Assembly (NCBI GenBank): GCA_963924565.1
Contig: OZ004608.1
Coordinates: 32,860,001-32,924,000, forward strand
Direction of reading: 5' to 3'
DNA length: 64,000 nt
DNA from: Ascidiella aspersa
Taxonomy: Eukaryota
Positions 39,351-51,907 of the stretch are shown here, piece by piece; the first letter of the stretch is position 1, and each line of letters opens with the position of its first letter. The position numbers and the translations under genes were made by a program. Under the pieces are notes generated by a model. That model was not told the origin of the DNA, made no database searches, and saw only the letters and a list, made by a program, of their open reading frames with translations.

Positions 39351-40773
39351 GTATTTTCCCATGTTTACGTTGGTTCTCTGGATATGCCCCTGCTTACGAA
39401 TAAGTGGCGACCACCGCTTTAGGCACCTAATACAAGTGTGTAGCAAGGAATCATATGTTGGCCGTAAACGTTTTGCAAAAATTGGTTAAATTATCCTAAA
39501 TTTGATGTTTTAAATCTTTTGTATCCAAGCTTCGGTAAAATGAGTTCACAGGAAAGTCGGTAGCTGGCAACCAAAGAAGAATTGGCAAAGGCTGTTCTGG
39601 TCACCGTAACCAACATCATTGCCAACTTGGTTCAAGATTGCGCTTTGAGGGAGATTGGTACCTGGTAAAAAAATGTTTGACTATATGCAGTCCACAAACC
39701 TTGGTCTTGGCTCAGTAGCGGGCCACAGAGAACAATATTAGTGTCAGGTGAATTTAATCAAATAACATACCTAAGTCTCATCCGCCCAAGTCCTTGCCAC
39801 AGAAAGTCTTGTCCAAGTCAGGTGATTTGCATCAAAAATCATGTGTGTTAAACTGTTAAATTCGATTAGTTATAGTTAAATTCCTACAGCAAAACCAAAC
39901 TGGTTTACGTGTAAAAGTTTACTACCGTAAATATAACCCTATTTTTTACAAGTTGCCCTAAATTATAGCAACTAGTTAACCCGCGTTATTTGGATAAATG
40001 ACTCGGCCAAGTCATGTATTTTAAAAAAAAGACTTAAGTCGAGTAAAACCATTGTAAAACAGTAACTCCAGTGATTTTAGTAAAATCATTACAAAGCTGC
40101 ACTTTAAATCCGAAAAGCTCAACTGCAATGAATATCTCATCCGTTTATGTTTTTGGTTGAAGTGTACGGCTGTTAGCAAACAGCAATTTTGTTTAAAAGA
40201 TAAAAGTTCTTTAACAAAATTATTTTTTGATAAAATGTATCCGTGCAGAGGTTGATATTGAATGGCCTTTAACACCCCTCGTTGAAAATTTTAGGCTAAA
40301 CACTTTTTATAAAGCTAGAACAAATACCTAAGGCTAAAAGATAGCCTACTAGAACAGTTTCACTTGAGACACTGGTCCACGTAACAACCCAACATTAAAA
40401 ATGACGTAAACTGTATTTTATTTTTAGGGCATCCAGAGGGTTTTGTTTGTTGGCAATTTTCTCCGCGGCAACCCCATCTCCATGCGCTTGCTCGCTGCCA
40501 AAATGGAGACATGCGGCCAAAGGCGATTTTCCATGATCACGGAGGCTTCTGTTGCACCGTAGGTGCCTTGTTGGCCTCCGTGGGACACAAGTTTGCAACT
40601 TCGAAGTTCAGTTGTCGTTTGTGATGTATATTTATGACCGCAGTGATTGTTGCTCTGGATAAAATCCGTGTAGTCCAGCGTTTGTTTTTTTCAAGGTTTG
40701 GCATGTGTGACCGCTGGGAAGATTTGACATAACACAATGACCCACCTTTAAATACATTAGCAATGGTATAGAA

Positions 40774-41395
40774 CAGGTATGGCGAACCACTGACCCGCGG
40801 GTGATTTTCAACACAGATTTTCAATGACCCACCACTTGTCTCTCTAGAAATACCGAAATGTTATATATCATCTTCAGCAAAGAATAAATGCAAAAAAACA
40901 ATTCACTGTTTAATTTAGGGCTGCCCAATCTGTAGATCGTGCAAAACTGTTTTAGGGTGACAAAAAGGCCTACATTAACTACACTTCAACAAATGTGTGC
41001 AGAAAACCTGACAAATAAAGCATTTTGTTTATTGCTGTAAAACGTAAAGGGTGGCGAAAGGGAGAAAGGTGAAGAGCTCACAGATTAAAATTTCTGAAAA
41101 CCCTGGTACTTTCTGTTGAACTCCTGTAATCCCATAAAAATGCTGCAGCATTTGTTAACTATTCAGGTTCTTAATTTTCGTGGAAATCCGAATTTGGAAA
41201 TCGTCCAAAAACCTTAAATTACCACCCAAACCATAACACTTATAACGACGCATCAGCAAATTTTCGCATCAGCAAAAATTTTTTTTTTTAAATTAGCATA
41301 TACCATATTTAAATATACAGTATGACCCACTTGTGCATTTTGTAAGGATAAGGTCGTGTTTGAGACCCGCGCGACGAAAAGGTTCGCCATCCCTG
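40774..41395. mobile_element. Non-autonomous hAT element (MITE)
   Basis: 15-bp TIR CAGG(T/G)ATGGCGAACC with 1 mismatch. Perfect TSD GTATAGAA (40766-40773, 41396-41403). gaccc subterminal motifs. Confidence 0.92.
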
Positions 41396-43012
41396 GTATA
41401 GAAGTAGGTTACGTTGCTACATGCGACCCACAACTTTTATTTTAGTTAAATTCAAATAATATTGGCTCATAATTGTCCCAGCTCGTAATCACGGTAAACC
41501 TAAAGGCTGTTTCTATTTTACCTTGTAACGTCTCATTTATAATTTTGTGATGACATTCGAAAGCTTTGAGGTGTTAAAACAATTTTAGCGTTCGCCGCGT
41601 ACGTCGTAAATTTGTGAATATTAATTCTAGAATTTCGGTTACTAATTTCGGTTACTATGTAGGGCATCTTATAGTATTGTCGACTACGTACTGTTAGCTT
41701 GTTTGGTCTATTCTAGTTGGAGAAGGTTGCAGTTAAAGGGTAAGAAGTAGACCAGAGGTGACTGTTTTTGCCTAGTCGGGAGACTCTCTTATAGAAAGTA
41801 AGCAGTAAGAATATGAGTGGGCACAAGAAGAAGAGGCGATTTATAGAATACAATGGAATACGGTTTGGCAAATATAGCTACAGCCAGTCAGATATATAGA
41901 ATCACTACAAATTTACAAAACCATTACTTCGCCAAGAAACAGTTTGTGATTCACTTTATCGATTTCGCAGAGATTGTGTACAAGTCATGTGTGGGGTAAA
42001 AGTTGTTATTTAGCTAGTCATGTTACATTACAACAACAGGTTTTTGTTGAATATGCAATCCAAAACTACTAAAAGTAAAGCGGTTTATTTGCTTCGTTAA
42101 GTGCATTTTACGTGTTAACTTTCAGTTTTAACAAAGGCATGGACCGAAAACAAGCCAAAAACCAAAAAGGCAAAATAAATTATCTGAAAAATCACCACAA
42201 ACGGGGAGATACCCTAGACTATTCCTTTTTTCAGCTCGCAACTCAATGTGCAGCCATGCGTGGCCTATTGTGCAATCGGGCGTTAAGGAACTTTGTTTTG
42301 ATGCTCGAGCATTTAGGTTCAGACGATTTGGAATTCAGTCGAGACTGTGTTTGGTCGTCTAGTCTGACCTCTTCCGCAACTTGGAAATGTAGCTAGCTAC
42401 TTTGGCGCAGGGGTGACAGTTGAATAATTTTCTAGAATTTTACCACATAGAAAACATTATTTAAGTTGCCGCTGGTTAGCGTACGGGTAGGTTAAGCAAT
42501 ATTATTATTTTAATAATACTTGACGCACACTCACTAAAACACCAACCGACAAGATAAATAATGTGCGTTGCTTTAATAATTGTTTCAATGCTGTGGTAGG
42601 ATTTTAGTCCAGCGCCGAAAGTTTCACTGATTTACTTAGTTAATGTTATCATTTTATAGTGTTCTTTTAAATCAGTGTTTCTCAAGTTTTTTTGGCAACC
42701 CCATTATTTTCACTGATTTTTTGTACGTGGCCAATAAATAACACACTAGCATAAGTAAGCTTTAATTTAATCAATATGAGCCATGTATTTGTATTGCTTA
42801 GCAACAATTTTAATTGAGAAATCTTGCTCAGAACCAATCTTGATAAATCTAACCATCGTTATCAGCCTGTGGTACAACAATTTATTTGTGTTTGTGTTAA
42901 ACAGGTCAAGTTGCCTTGCTAATTAATCATTAATTTCATTTTCTTCTGTGCATGCCTTCTAGTTAGCCTGCTGCAGTGACAGTAGCAACAAGAGGTTGTA
43001 CAACTACACAGA

Positions 43013-43433
43013 ATGTGGAAAATAATGGCAGAATCGCAGCTGGTCCGTATGGCGATGCACAACAATCTTAAGCTTATCGTAATTTTTTTCCTGCTGATTG
43101 GATTGGTTAGACCCATCGAGCCAATTTTGAGCATACACCGAGCTGGACGAATGTCGAAAATGCTCGTGGCAACGTCAACATACAATGACAGCTTCGGAGA
43201 CATATTCGACCGCGAACTTTCGGGGATACAGAAGGAAAAAAATCCAGTTGTTTCTGTGGACCTGAACTCCAACAAGGCACTTGAAAATTCCACTCAGGAT
43301 ATCGAAGAGAGCTACACGAGGGTTGATGCTCTTTTTTATGCACTTATTAGTGCAAGTCTAGTTGGCCTAAGTGGCATTTTTCCCCTTTTGATATTTTCTT
43401 CAATGAAGAATCAACCAAATTTGCATGAAGGAG
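43013..43433 (+). CDS. SLC39A13: Zinc transporter ZIP13, coding exon 1
   Basis: Hydrophobic signal-like stretch (LKLIVIFFLLIGLV) and TM1 ALISASLVGLSGIFPLLI. Donor G|GTAATA, phase 1. The true start could be a later Met. An upstream acceptor (aaacag) ends at 42904. Confidence 0.85.
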
Positions 43434-43832
43434 GTAATATTACAATTCATGGTTAGGTTTCATCATTAAGAATATAACATTTAAAGAAATGTATTCCAAT
43501 AAATGTTGATGAAAAAAGTTGTGTATCCTAACTGCATTTCATATTTTTTTGCCTCTAAAGATTCCCGCCAAATTTTTTTTGCCAAAATCCAAAGCTATTT
43601 TTCATTGCAAACAAAATATACATGATTTTTGGTGGCAATTCCTGCCAAAGATATTTAACAGGAAGGTACTGAAATGCAATTTGGTGAAGTAAATTGCTTC
43701 ATGTTATACTCTTGAGTCCCCCCAAGTTTGTCTTATCAGATAAAATATTTTTTTAATGCATCATATCGACTGTTGCAAAATGCAACTTTTTAAAAAAAAA
43801 TTAGGAACCTAAACTTAAAATATTTTCTGCAG

Positions 43833-43946
43833 AGAATTCCAAGAGCCTGAATCGTTTGTTGAGCTTTGCAGTGGGCGGTTTACTCGGCGATGTTTTTCTA
43901 CACCTTCTCCCCGAATCATGGGACCATTTGAGCTTTGTTAACGAAG
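43833..43946 (+). CDS. SLC39A13: ZIP13 coding exon 2
   Basis: ttttctgcag| then LNRLLSFAVGGLLGDVFLHLLPESW, then G|GTATGC. Phase 1 to phase 1. Confidence 0.95.
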
Positions 43947-44638
43947 GTATGCTTTCCAATGTTACAATTTAAACCAAAATAATTAGCACTGTTATGGTAT
44001 GTTGGTTTTAATTTACAATGACAGAGTTAACTTGTATCATTGTTTTAAAATAAAAGTTAAAAAAAAATGAAGATGAACCTAACCACCTTGACTAAACAAA
44101 TGGAAAATGTTTCTTATATTGTATCTGGATAAGTTCTGCAATAATTAGGCTGCTTTAATATTTTTCGCAAACTTAGATAAATTCTCTCAAGTTTATTAAC
44201 ATTTTTTAGCAGTCATCAAAGATCAAAAAAAAAAATTATTAATTAGTATAAAGTAGATTAATTTAATTTGTATTAAGTAGACTAAAAAGGGGTTTGATTT
44301 ATGTACATGTTGAAATGTGAAATAGTACATCGACATGTGTTGCATATGTAGTGTATTGCATCTAAACTACCCAGATGTGTTGATGATATATGCATATTTA
44401 AGTTGAAATAAATACATAAGCCTGTTTTCCATGCATAGTGTATGGCCACATTATGGCGCATCTAAAGTACCCAGAAGTTGCTTGCCATATGCTGGAAGTG
44501 GCCGCGATTCTTAAGGAAGGAAGTGATCAGACTTTTCAGCTCACGCAGAGAATTGTTGTGGCACAAACTTTGTCAGCTGTCAATGAGACAACTGAGGCGA
44601 TTGTGCATTGACTAACTGTCAACTTTTTTCGCATTCAG

Positions 44639-44781
44639 ATGGATCGCACAATCACTGGCCCGCTGTAGGAAACGGAATGTGGGTTCTGGTGGGATTAATC
44701 AGTTTCTGCATGTTGGAAAAAATGTTTCCAGAAAACGAAGTCGCACAAGACACCACACCAGAAAAGACACAAGACGCCAAG
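44639..44781 (+). CDS. SLC39A13: ZIP13 coding exon 3
   Basis: Branch-like actaac, then gcattcag|, GMWVLVGLISFCMLEKMF, and AAG|GTTTAA. Phase 1 to phase 0. Confidence 0.92.
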
Positions 44782-45030
44782 GTTTAACATCAAAATTTAT
44801 AGAAAGAAAATCTTCCGTTAAATTCTTATCTTACCTAAAACAAATTTTTCTCTAAAAGAACAAATAAAATACGTTTAAAATGGACCGGATGAAAACATGT
44901 TTTGCACACAAATAAATTTTCCCCAAAAATATTGATTAACATTTTGAATAATATTGATTAACCTTTTCCGTACTCAGCCATCTACAAAAATAATAGAGAA
45001 TTTGGATGTCAAAGGGGCTGGATGAAGTCA

Positions 45031-45187
45031 TGGAGCAAATTCTTTAAAAAAAATAAAAGAAATATTTTTATAGAAATAATTTTGTATGGAGCAAATTCTT
45101 TAAAAAAAATAAAAAATATTTTTTAGAAATAATTTTGTATGGAGCAAATTCTCAAACAAAATAAAAAATATTTTTTAGAAATAATTT
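45031..45187. repeat. ~57-bp AT-rich tandem repeat, about 3 copies
   Basis: atggagcaaattct...aaaatattttt(a)tagaaataattt three times. Confidence 0.85.
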
Positions 45188-45245
45188 AATAACAAAGAAC
45201 AATACGATCTTTCCACACGACACCTTATCAATTTTCTTATTTCAG

Positions 45246-45407
45246 TGCACCAAACTGAACAGCAATGAAAACAACAATCACGCACTGAAAAAGAACGGCT
45301 TCGCAGTGCACCACAAAAACCAGGCGAACTGCAGCAATGGCGTAAGTGAGGAAGACACCTCATGCCACCAGCTGCAAAAACCTCAAGCGAGCAATAATAA
45401 AATCAAG
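45246..45407 (+). CDS. SLC39A13: ZIP13 coding exon 4 (variable cytosolic loop)
   Basis: cttatttcag| followed by 162 open nt ending NNKIK, then AAG|GTCAGT. Phase 0-0. It gives the conserved KIK-TSGYLNL junction. Confidence 0.85.
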
Positions 45408-45439
45408 GTCAGTCAAACACGAAAGGTGCCGTCTGGATT

Positions 45440-46270
45440 TTTGCAAATGTGTGAAAATCTCACTCTATGTGTTGGGAAAACTGCCAGACAATCTGACCTG
45501 ACCTTGTACGGCGATTTAACATAAAAGGTGTTGTTTTGAAAGTGTAAAATCACACTTTCATTCGTAGGGCAAACTGTAATTTAATCATCTTGTACAATAC
45601 AGAGGTTGTGAGTTCGAACCTCACTACAGGCTAGCTGTTTTTCTTGCTTGCTCTGCTTGCATCATTGACAGGTTCGGCGAGTCTGCAATGGCTTTCAGTG
45701 TACTTGTACAATACATAGTTAACGTCAATTGCATGGCGAATTATCATGTAGGGCGTTGTTTCGTTTTTTCCCAAAGTGAAAAATTCACAGAGCTTTAATT
45801 TGTGTAGGTCAAACTGCCGTTTAATCTGTTTTACAATTTGTACATTGATATAGTTACAGTCACTTGCATGGCGGCTTAACATAAAACGTGATGTGTCGGT
45901 TATTCCCAAAGTGTAAAAATCACCTTTTCAGCTTTTATTCGTCAGAAAAACTGCTCTTTAATCCGTTAATCGGCTTGTACAGTGGCTGGCATAGTTTAAG
46001 TCAATTGTATGGCGAATTAACATAAAGGGTAGTGTTTAGGTTTTGCCCGAACTGTGAAAATCACCTTTTTAGCTTTTATTCGTCAGAAAAACTGCTGTTT
46101 AATCTGTTAATCGTCTTGTACAGTGGATGGTATATATTTAAAGTCAATTGTATGGCGAATTAACATTGAGGCGTTATTTCGGTTTTTCCCGAAGTGTGAA
46201 AATCGCACTTTGCTGCATTGGCTCTGACAAAATCAGTGTTTTATTCTGTTTCACGTCTTGTACGCTGGCA
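45440..46270. repeat. Diverged ~125-bp tandem array (~6-7 units) in ZIP13 intron 4, interrupted by a SINE-like piece at 45600-45694
   Basis: Recurrent gtg(t/a)aaaatc...aaaactgc..tttaatc...cttgtaca...gtcaattg.atggcgaattaacat. Confidence 0.75.
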
Positions 46271-46944
46271 TATAGTTTTACACTGAAAAAGGGCGTTCGC
46301 ATTGCGATTCGGCTGGAACGTGAACCATGCCTGTTTTCGTGACTAGTCTAGGTAGCTTAAATTGTGGTGTTAACTATTGTTAAGTTGGCGTCAGTTCGTG
46401 ATGCTTTGAGGTAGAGTATGGCCAAAACGCAGCACGAACTTTAATTAGGCCAAGCAAAGCAGTTGTAAAATCCGCTCTAATTTAAAGATTATAGCTTCTC
46501 AGTTAGCTTTGCCTTGCCTTGTTTAAATAACACATCTACTTGTCACCGCAATCTAATTAGCGTCGTCGCCTTAACAACCATTAAAGCTCGTGTTCTTAAC
46601 CCACTGAATATTGCCTTTTTCTGGCTATGGAAGTGTTTGTGTAAACGTACGATATTATTGACCATCCGTACTCGTCTAATACACTATGGGAACAATGTTT
46701 TTCAAGGTTTTAAATCACAGGGCACATTTCTGAAAACGTGCTGTCGTACCAGGCGCGCTAAGCAAGCTCGAGATTGTTTTGGGTAAACCGCTGTTTCTTT
46801 TGAGTTGTTTTGACTACAAAATGAAATGTTATGCATTCCAAAAAGACCTTCATTATTGCTGAAAACCTCGCCAGCCATCAAAGTGGATCACACCAAGGTG
46901 TTTGCTCAGCACAAAAATCCCCACGTTTTTTTAACTGATTATTT

Positions 46945-47402
46945 TAACATAGTAGCCATGTAGTTTCGAACCTTTTCTTTCCAGACGAGGTACACAGATG
47001 TTGCTTCGCTACCAAAGGGCCTGGCTTTTAACTCTAAAAAATGGTAACATAGTGGCCCTAGAATTGCAAACCTTTTTTCGGACGAGGTACACATAAAAGC
47101 TTTTTGCTACAAATATTGCCCTGTTTTTTACTCCAGTTCATTGTAACATACCGCTCGCGAAATTCTAAACCTTCCATTTTAGACAAGGTGCACAATACGT
47201 TCGTTTTTGCTGTAAAGAACGCTTTTTTTTTTTTTAACTGTTAATTATTGTAACATGGCGCTCGCGGAATTGTAAACCTTCCATTTTAGACGAGGCACAC
47301 AAACGAGTTTTTGCTACAAATATTGCCCTTCCTTATTTACCCTGGTTCATCGTAACATAGCGTTCGCGGAATTGTAAACTTCGAATTTAGACGAGGTGCA
47401 CA
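46945..47402. repeat. ~100-bp tandem array, 5 units, in ZIP13 intron 4
   Basis: gtaacat...gaattgtaaacctt...agacgagg(t/c)(a/g)caca begins at ~46945, 47045, 47143, 47250 and 47352. Confidence 0.8.
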
Positions 47403-47560
47403 TGTGTAACATTGCGTAATCAGGTGGCACTATAAAAAGACAAATTGTATTGGATTCTCGACAAGCTTTCGCACAACGGTGCTTCATCAGGTCAAAGTAA
47501 CTAAGGCATACATACGGTCATTTACAAAGATAAGTAACATTGCAACCCTTTTCATTCCAG

Positions 47561-47701
47561 ACGAGCGGTTACCTGAATCTGCTTGCAAACTGCATCGACA
47601 ACTTCACCCACGGGCTTGCTGTGGGCGGAAGCTTCCTGGTCAGTCGTCGTGTCGGCGTTCTCACCACCCTGGCAATCCTGCTGCACGAAATACCACACGA
47701 G
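47561..47701 (+). CDS. SLC39A13: ZIP13 coding exon 5 (TM4-TM5, metal site)
   Basis: ttcattccag| [28 protein letters not shown]...[10 protein letters not shown] |GTCGGT. Contains the LIV-1 family HExPHE motif. Confidence 0.97.
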
Positions 47702-50700
47702 GTCGGTGTGTTTTTTTACTTGGACGAGTTTCTGTTTGTGTGTTTGTTTGCATCTAGGTGTATGTGTCGGATACTTGACATTTTATTCCGGTACCGACAT
47801 TTTGGTGGAAAAAGTATCGCGCAAAATCTCAATAAATGGCATTGAACGTTCGAGTGTAATGTTTTGAAGGGTATTAGGCCCAAATTTCTGTATAGGTAAG
47901 GCACGTTTTCTTTCGTTAGGCCAAGTTTCTAAAGGCCACTTTTTGTACAAATAGCGTAAGAAATGATAAGAGAGTATTGCTTTGAGAGGAGTAGAAATGC
48001 GCTTAGAGAAATGTATCGTTGCTATTGCAACTCATTGCCATACTTCACATTAAAAACAGATTTCTTTATTTCAAATAATACTGCAATCATCATCGTGGAT
48101 ACTTTTGTCCGACAATGCTGCCACCAGCCATAAAAAAACATGGTGCAAGAGTTAAATTCGAACTTACACAGCTGATGTTCCTTTGTTGAACCACAGTGTT
48201 ATTTGCTGACAGTGGAAAGTGGGACGACCGCCGTACTTAAAGTCGAACTTTGAGCGTCCAGGGATGCTCCGCTAGATTATAATAATATGTTGTTATGCGG
48301 TCGATTATTATCAACTGCGCGTTAAGCTCACAATGCCAGCCTCGCTGAGTCATGCGTACTTGGCTTGATTACTAGTCCCTGATGGTCGAATGTTAGATGC
48401 CTGGTTTGACTCTGAACAACAACTTGATTATTCTCGTTTGCTGCTTTGTCCAAAGGCATTTTTAATCTCAGTCGAAAAGAGTTTGAATTATAACTCTTTC
48501 GTCAGAGCGACTTGTTGGTGATTTTTGCAGACTATGCTAAAACATAATTATAAAAAAACAAAAAAATTACCGTTTACATTTCTATGAGAATAAATTGCGA
48601 TTTAAATGAAACTGATTGTAAACAATTAAATATAATCCTGGTTTAAATTATGGCTTTCAAGATTTCAATAATTCTAATTCTTGTCTTATTTGAGAAAACA
48701 CAAAATGATCTAATTCTGATTCTAATCTAGTTTGGAAAAACTTAAATGCTCTAATTTTAATTCTAATTTAATTTCGAAATGCTAAAATAGATCTAGTTGT
48801 CTGAGCCTGTCCGGTATACGCTTGTCAAGCAAGGCCAATTTTTTTGCAAACCTTAATAGATGCTAGGTCAATGTAATTAAATTGGAAGAGGCCATTTACT
48901 CGGCTAAGTATTTAAATCTATGCATAATCACCAATAGGTGTATGTGTAACGGGCGAACACAGTAATATAAATGGATTAGGGGATAAATCATGGGAATAAT
49001 GCAAAACTGGGAAAATTAAATTTATTAATGACACTAACCCAGACAGTTTTATATCGCTCTTACGTTCATAATGTATTTTAAGATTTATTAAGCCCAGCGA
49101 TAATTATTGTGTGCTTATTGTGCCTAGTTTAACCACTTTATACCAAAATATTTGTGCTGTTACTAAGAAAAGTTGGATAAGGCATAAGAATTTGTAGACT
49201 AAAGTCTCGCAAACTTGTTACACCCAATTGATTCAATTCTGACAAAGCGTTTAACTCTGACGCAGCGCACTCAAATATTTATCTTTCATTTGATTCCAAA
49301 CTTTGAAAACCCCAGTAGGCCAGACAGTCTGGCTTTTAATATTTTGCTGAATTTAAGGCAAACTCATTTTGTTTAAACTTCAAAGCATTCATTTTTGTTT
49401 ACAAAGTACGTTTGTTATTGAAAATTAAAGAAAATCGTGTACGCAATTGAGTTTCATTTCCGAAATTAATTGAGTTTGGAGTGACATGGAGAAATTTCAC
49501 AACATTGAAGTATCGAAATTTGGAAAGCTGGTTTCGAATTCGTAGCCGAAACCGAAAAAAGAAATCGAGACTTAACTTAATTAACGTCACATTTGGCAAC
49601 GTGCTTCAGGAAACGAGTCTTTCACAGAAAGGTCTCGCGAAAGAAATTCCCCAGCCTTTAGCATTGGCGTTTTTACTCAAAGTAATTTTCGTTGTTCAAG
49701 TTAACGTGCAGCACTTTTGTTTAAACATATATTGTAACTCGATAAATGCAGCGTAACATATTAACTCTATCGTTTCGTTAATTTTACCAAGTGAAAGAAG
49801 TAACCAAATCGCTAGTCGATACAAACCGCTATATAGCTATAAACTGTTGCTACCAGGCATAATAATAATAGTTAAAAACAGCTCCTCTTGTAACTGTAAT
49901 TGTAAACCAACTTGTTTGCAACGTTTTGAAATCGCCTTCTTCTGGGTGAATGACACCGAACGCTCGTAGTACAATAATATACAAACCGCTATACTTAGGT
50001 AAAACTGACGAATCGCAAAGTTCCGTCCATCACTGTTGCCCTTCCTTAGTTCATCAACAAACACGTCCGTTTAACCTTGACTCAAATGTAATATTTAATC
50101 TTCTGGTATGACCTTTTCCCTGTGGAGAAACGACTCTTTACATTTGGAATGTGCGGTAACTGCAATTGGATATAGTCATTTTAATTTACGCTTCCCATGC
50201 TAAAGTGTAATTTTTGATGCTCCGGCAAAACGCATCTGTTAACAATCTTGCAAAAAAAATAGATTCGTGATTGTCAAAAAAACTTGTTGTTGCTATGTAA
50301 AGCAGAACTTCCCAAGGCATTCAGTAGGTCCACAAGTTTTTACAAGGCTTACATTCTTATGAATTGTGTTTATTTTTTGGATATACAAATTTGAAATATA
50401 ACACAATAACTTAATTACTGTGGGGTGCACATTAAGTGTCGGGCTAAGTAAACTTCATCTTTTTGAAAATTTTTTTGGAAAATTTGCAAACGTCGCCAAA
50501 ATATTATATAAATAGTAAGCAGTTTGGGAAGCCCTGGTCTGGTGTATAGTGTGCATTTAAGTTTCGCATGTTGTGTGTACTTAACAATACATGCCTTTAT
50601 CAAACGAATCGCTTGTTTTTGCAAAATGTTATCACTGTAAGAATGCCACAGGTTTCGACTTTTACCTATTTCACAGCGCGGATAGCCAAAGCAACGAAAC

Positions 50701-50955
50701 CATCCCTCGCACTATTATTGTTTAAGTTCATAAAATAATATTATTATTATTACTATTAATATTATTGCTATATGCGGATCTAAGCCCGTTGCAACACTGC
50801 CAGTTGTATCTTTTATCAATATCGTGGGATCTAAAAAGGACCACAAATGTACAAAAAAATCTAGAACAACTTTATTTAACAGAATACTATATAGTTACGT
50901 TAAAAAAACGATTGGAATGAATGTGAACCTTAATCTAATTAAGTTTTTCAGCCAT

Positions 50956-51045
50956 CATTTTGAACGTTTCGAATAACTCTTTATTCATTTTCAACATAGC
51001 GCTGTGTTGAAAATGAATAAAGAGTTATTCGAAACGTTCAAAATG
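50956..51045. repeat. 90-bp spacerless palindrome at the centre of a ~330-bp foldback element
   Basis: Two 45-bp arms with a single T/G mismatch (50997/51004). Outer imperfect inverted arms at ~50832-50892 and ~51085-51152. Confidence 0.92.
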
Positions 51046-51261
51046 CTACCTATACTTCTGTATGGGCTTTGATATTCTCATTACGTATAGTATTCTGTAT
51101 TTTTAAAATAAAGTTGTTTCAGATCTTTTCGTTGACCTTTGTGGTTCTTTTCGAATATCATTGTTTCAGTTGAAAAAATAATCATGTAATTATTATCTTT
51201 ATTGTTTATAATCGGATCCAAGCCTGTCCCAACCCTGCAGTTGTTTATCTTTTATCAATAT

Positions 51262-51470
51262 GGAAGTAATAATATAAATTGGGCGTGTGTCCTTAATTAC
51301 CCACATTGTTGTGGTTTTAGCTGTTTGTTTTTGTAAAGTTACTGTAACATTTAAAGATAAAATCCACAGAAAAAAATAGACCTGCTGATCTGCTGGGTAA
51401 ATGAAGACCTAGAGTTAAATTAAAAAAGATATAAAAGCAAAAAGCTATAATATTGTATTCTAACGTGCCC
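51262..51470. repeat. Dispersed repeat; second copy at ~54677-54890
   Basis: ggaagt..taatataa.ttgggcgtgtgtc.ttaatta.cca.attgttgtg...ttgtaaagttactgtaac..tttaaaga is shared by both copies. Confidence 0.8.
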
Positions 51471-51574
51471 AGCCATTACGCGATGGTGAAAATGTAGGGT
51501 TAACCCGCAACCTGAGTACAGTATTCAAAGTGAATCTTTTATCCATATCGTAAGATTGAATATTCTTGTTTCAG

Positions 51575-51707
51575 GTCGGCGATTTCGCGATCCTGCTAAA
51601 GGCGGGGTTCAACAGATGGGAGGCGGCCAAGATGCAGATTTTCACGGCTAGTGGAGGACTGCTTGGAGCCGCCGTCGCCTTTCTGGCCGAATCCGCCAAG
51701 TCAGCAG
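51575..51707 (+). CDS. SLC39A13: ZIP13 coding exon 6
   Basis: cttgtttcag| VGDFAILLKAGFNRWEAAKMQIFTASGGLLGA, then G|GTTCGT. Phase 0 to phase 1. Confidence 0.96.
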
Positions 51708-51907
51708 GTTCGTTGCGAGTTCGCATGCATTTACTTGCTTGCTTACTTACTTGCTTGCTGAGTGTTAAGTTGCTATTTGAACAGCTCAGCGCTGTTTGTT
51801 TGTGCAAAGTGCAACTGCATGTTTGGTGTGCCGCGTCATCCCTATTTGCTCTGCGGTCGGTTGTGTAACTTCATTGTTTTAATGCGCAATGCTGACATGC
51901 CTCACAG

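Larger units (their letters stand above)
34962..40624 (+). pseudogene. PANK: Unprocessed pantothenate kinase (type II, PANK1-3-like) pseudogene
   Basis: Five colinear exon remnants. 34962-35155: MYPLFGVDLGGTLAKLVYFEP, frameshift, ...CLTEYNSFEVIGESDTHLQIK|gt. ~37562-37741: KEPFDLQNPYPYIVVNIGSCVSV. ~38775-38844: VLDIYGKEG, +TA, YAAFGQPASIVAS. 39530-39653: FGKMSSQESR*LATKEELAKAVLVTVTNII. 40428-40624: GIQRVLFVGNFLRGNPISMRLLA, frameshift, KAIFHDHGGFCCTVGALL. Confidence 0.9.

Noticed and set aside
47898-47907. taaggcacg, resembling the 5' end of miR-124
   Set aside because: The match stops after 9 nt and I see no precursor hairpin.
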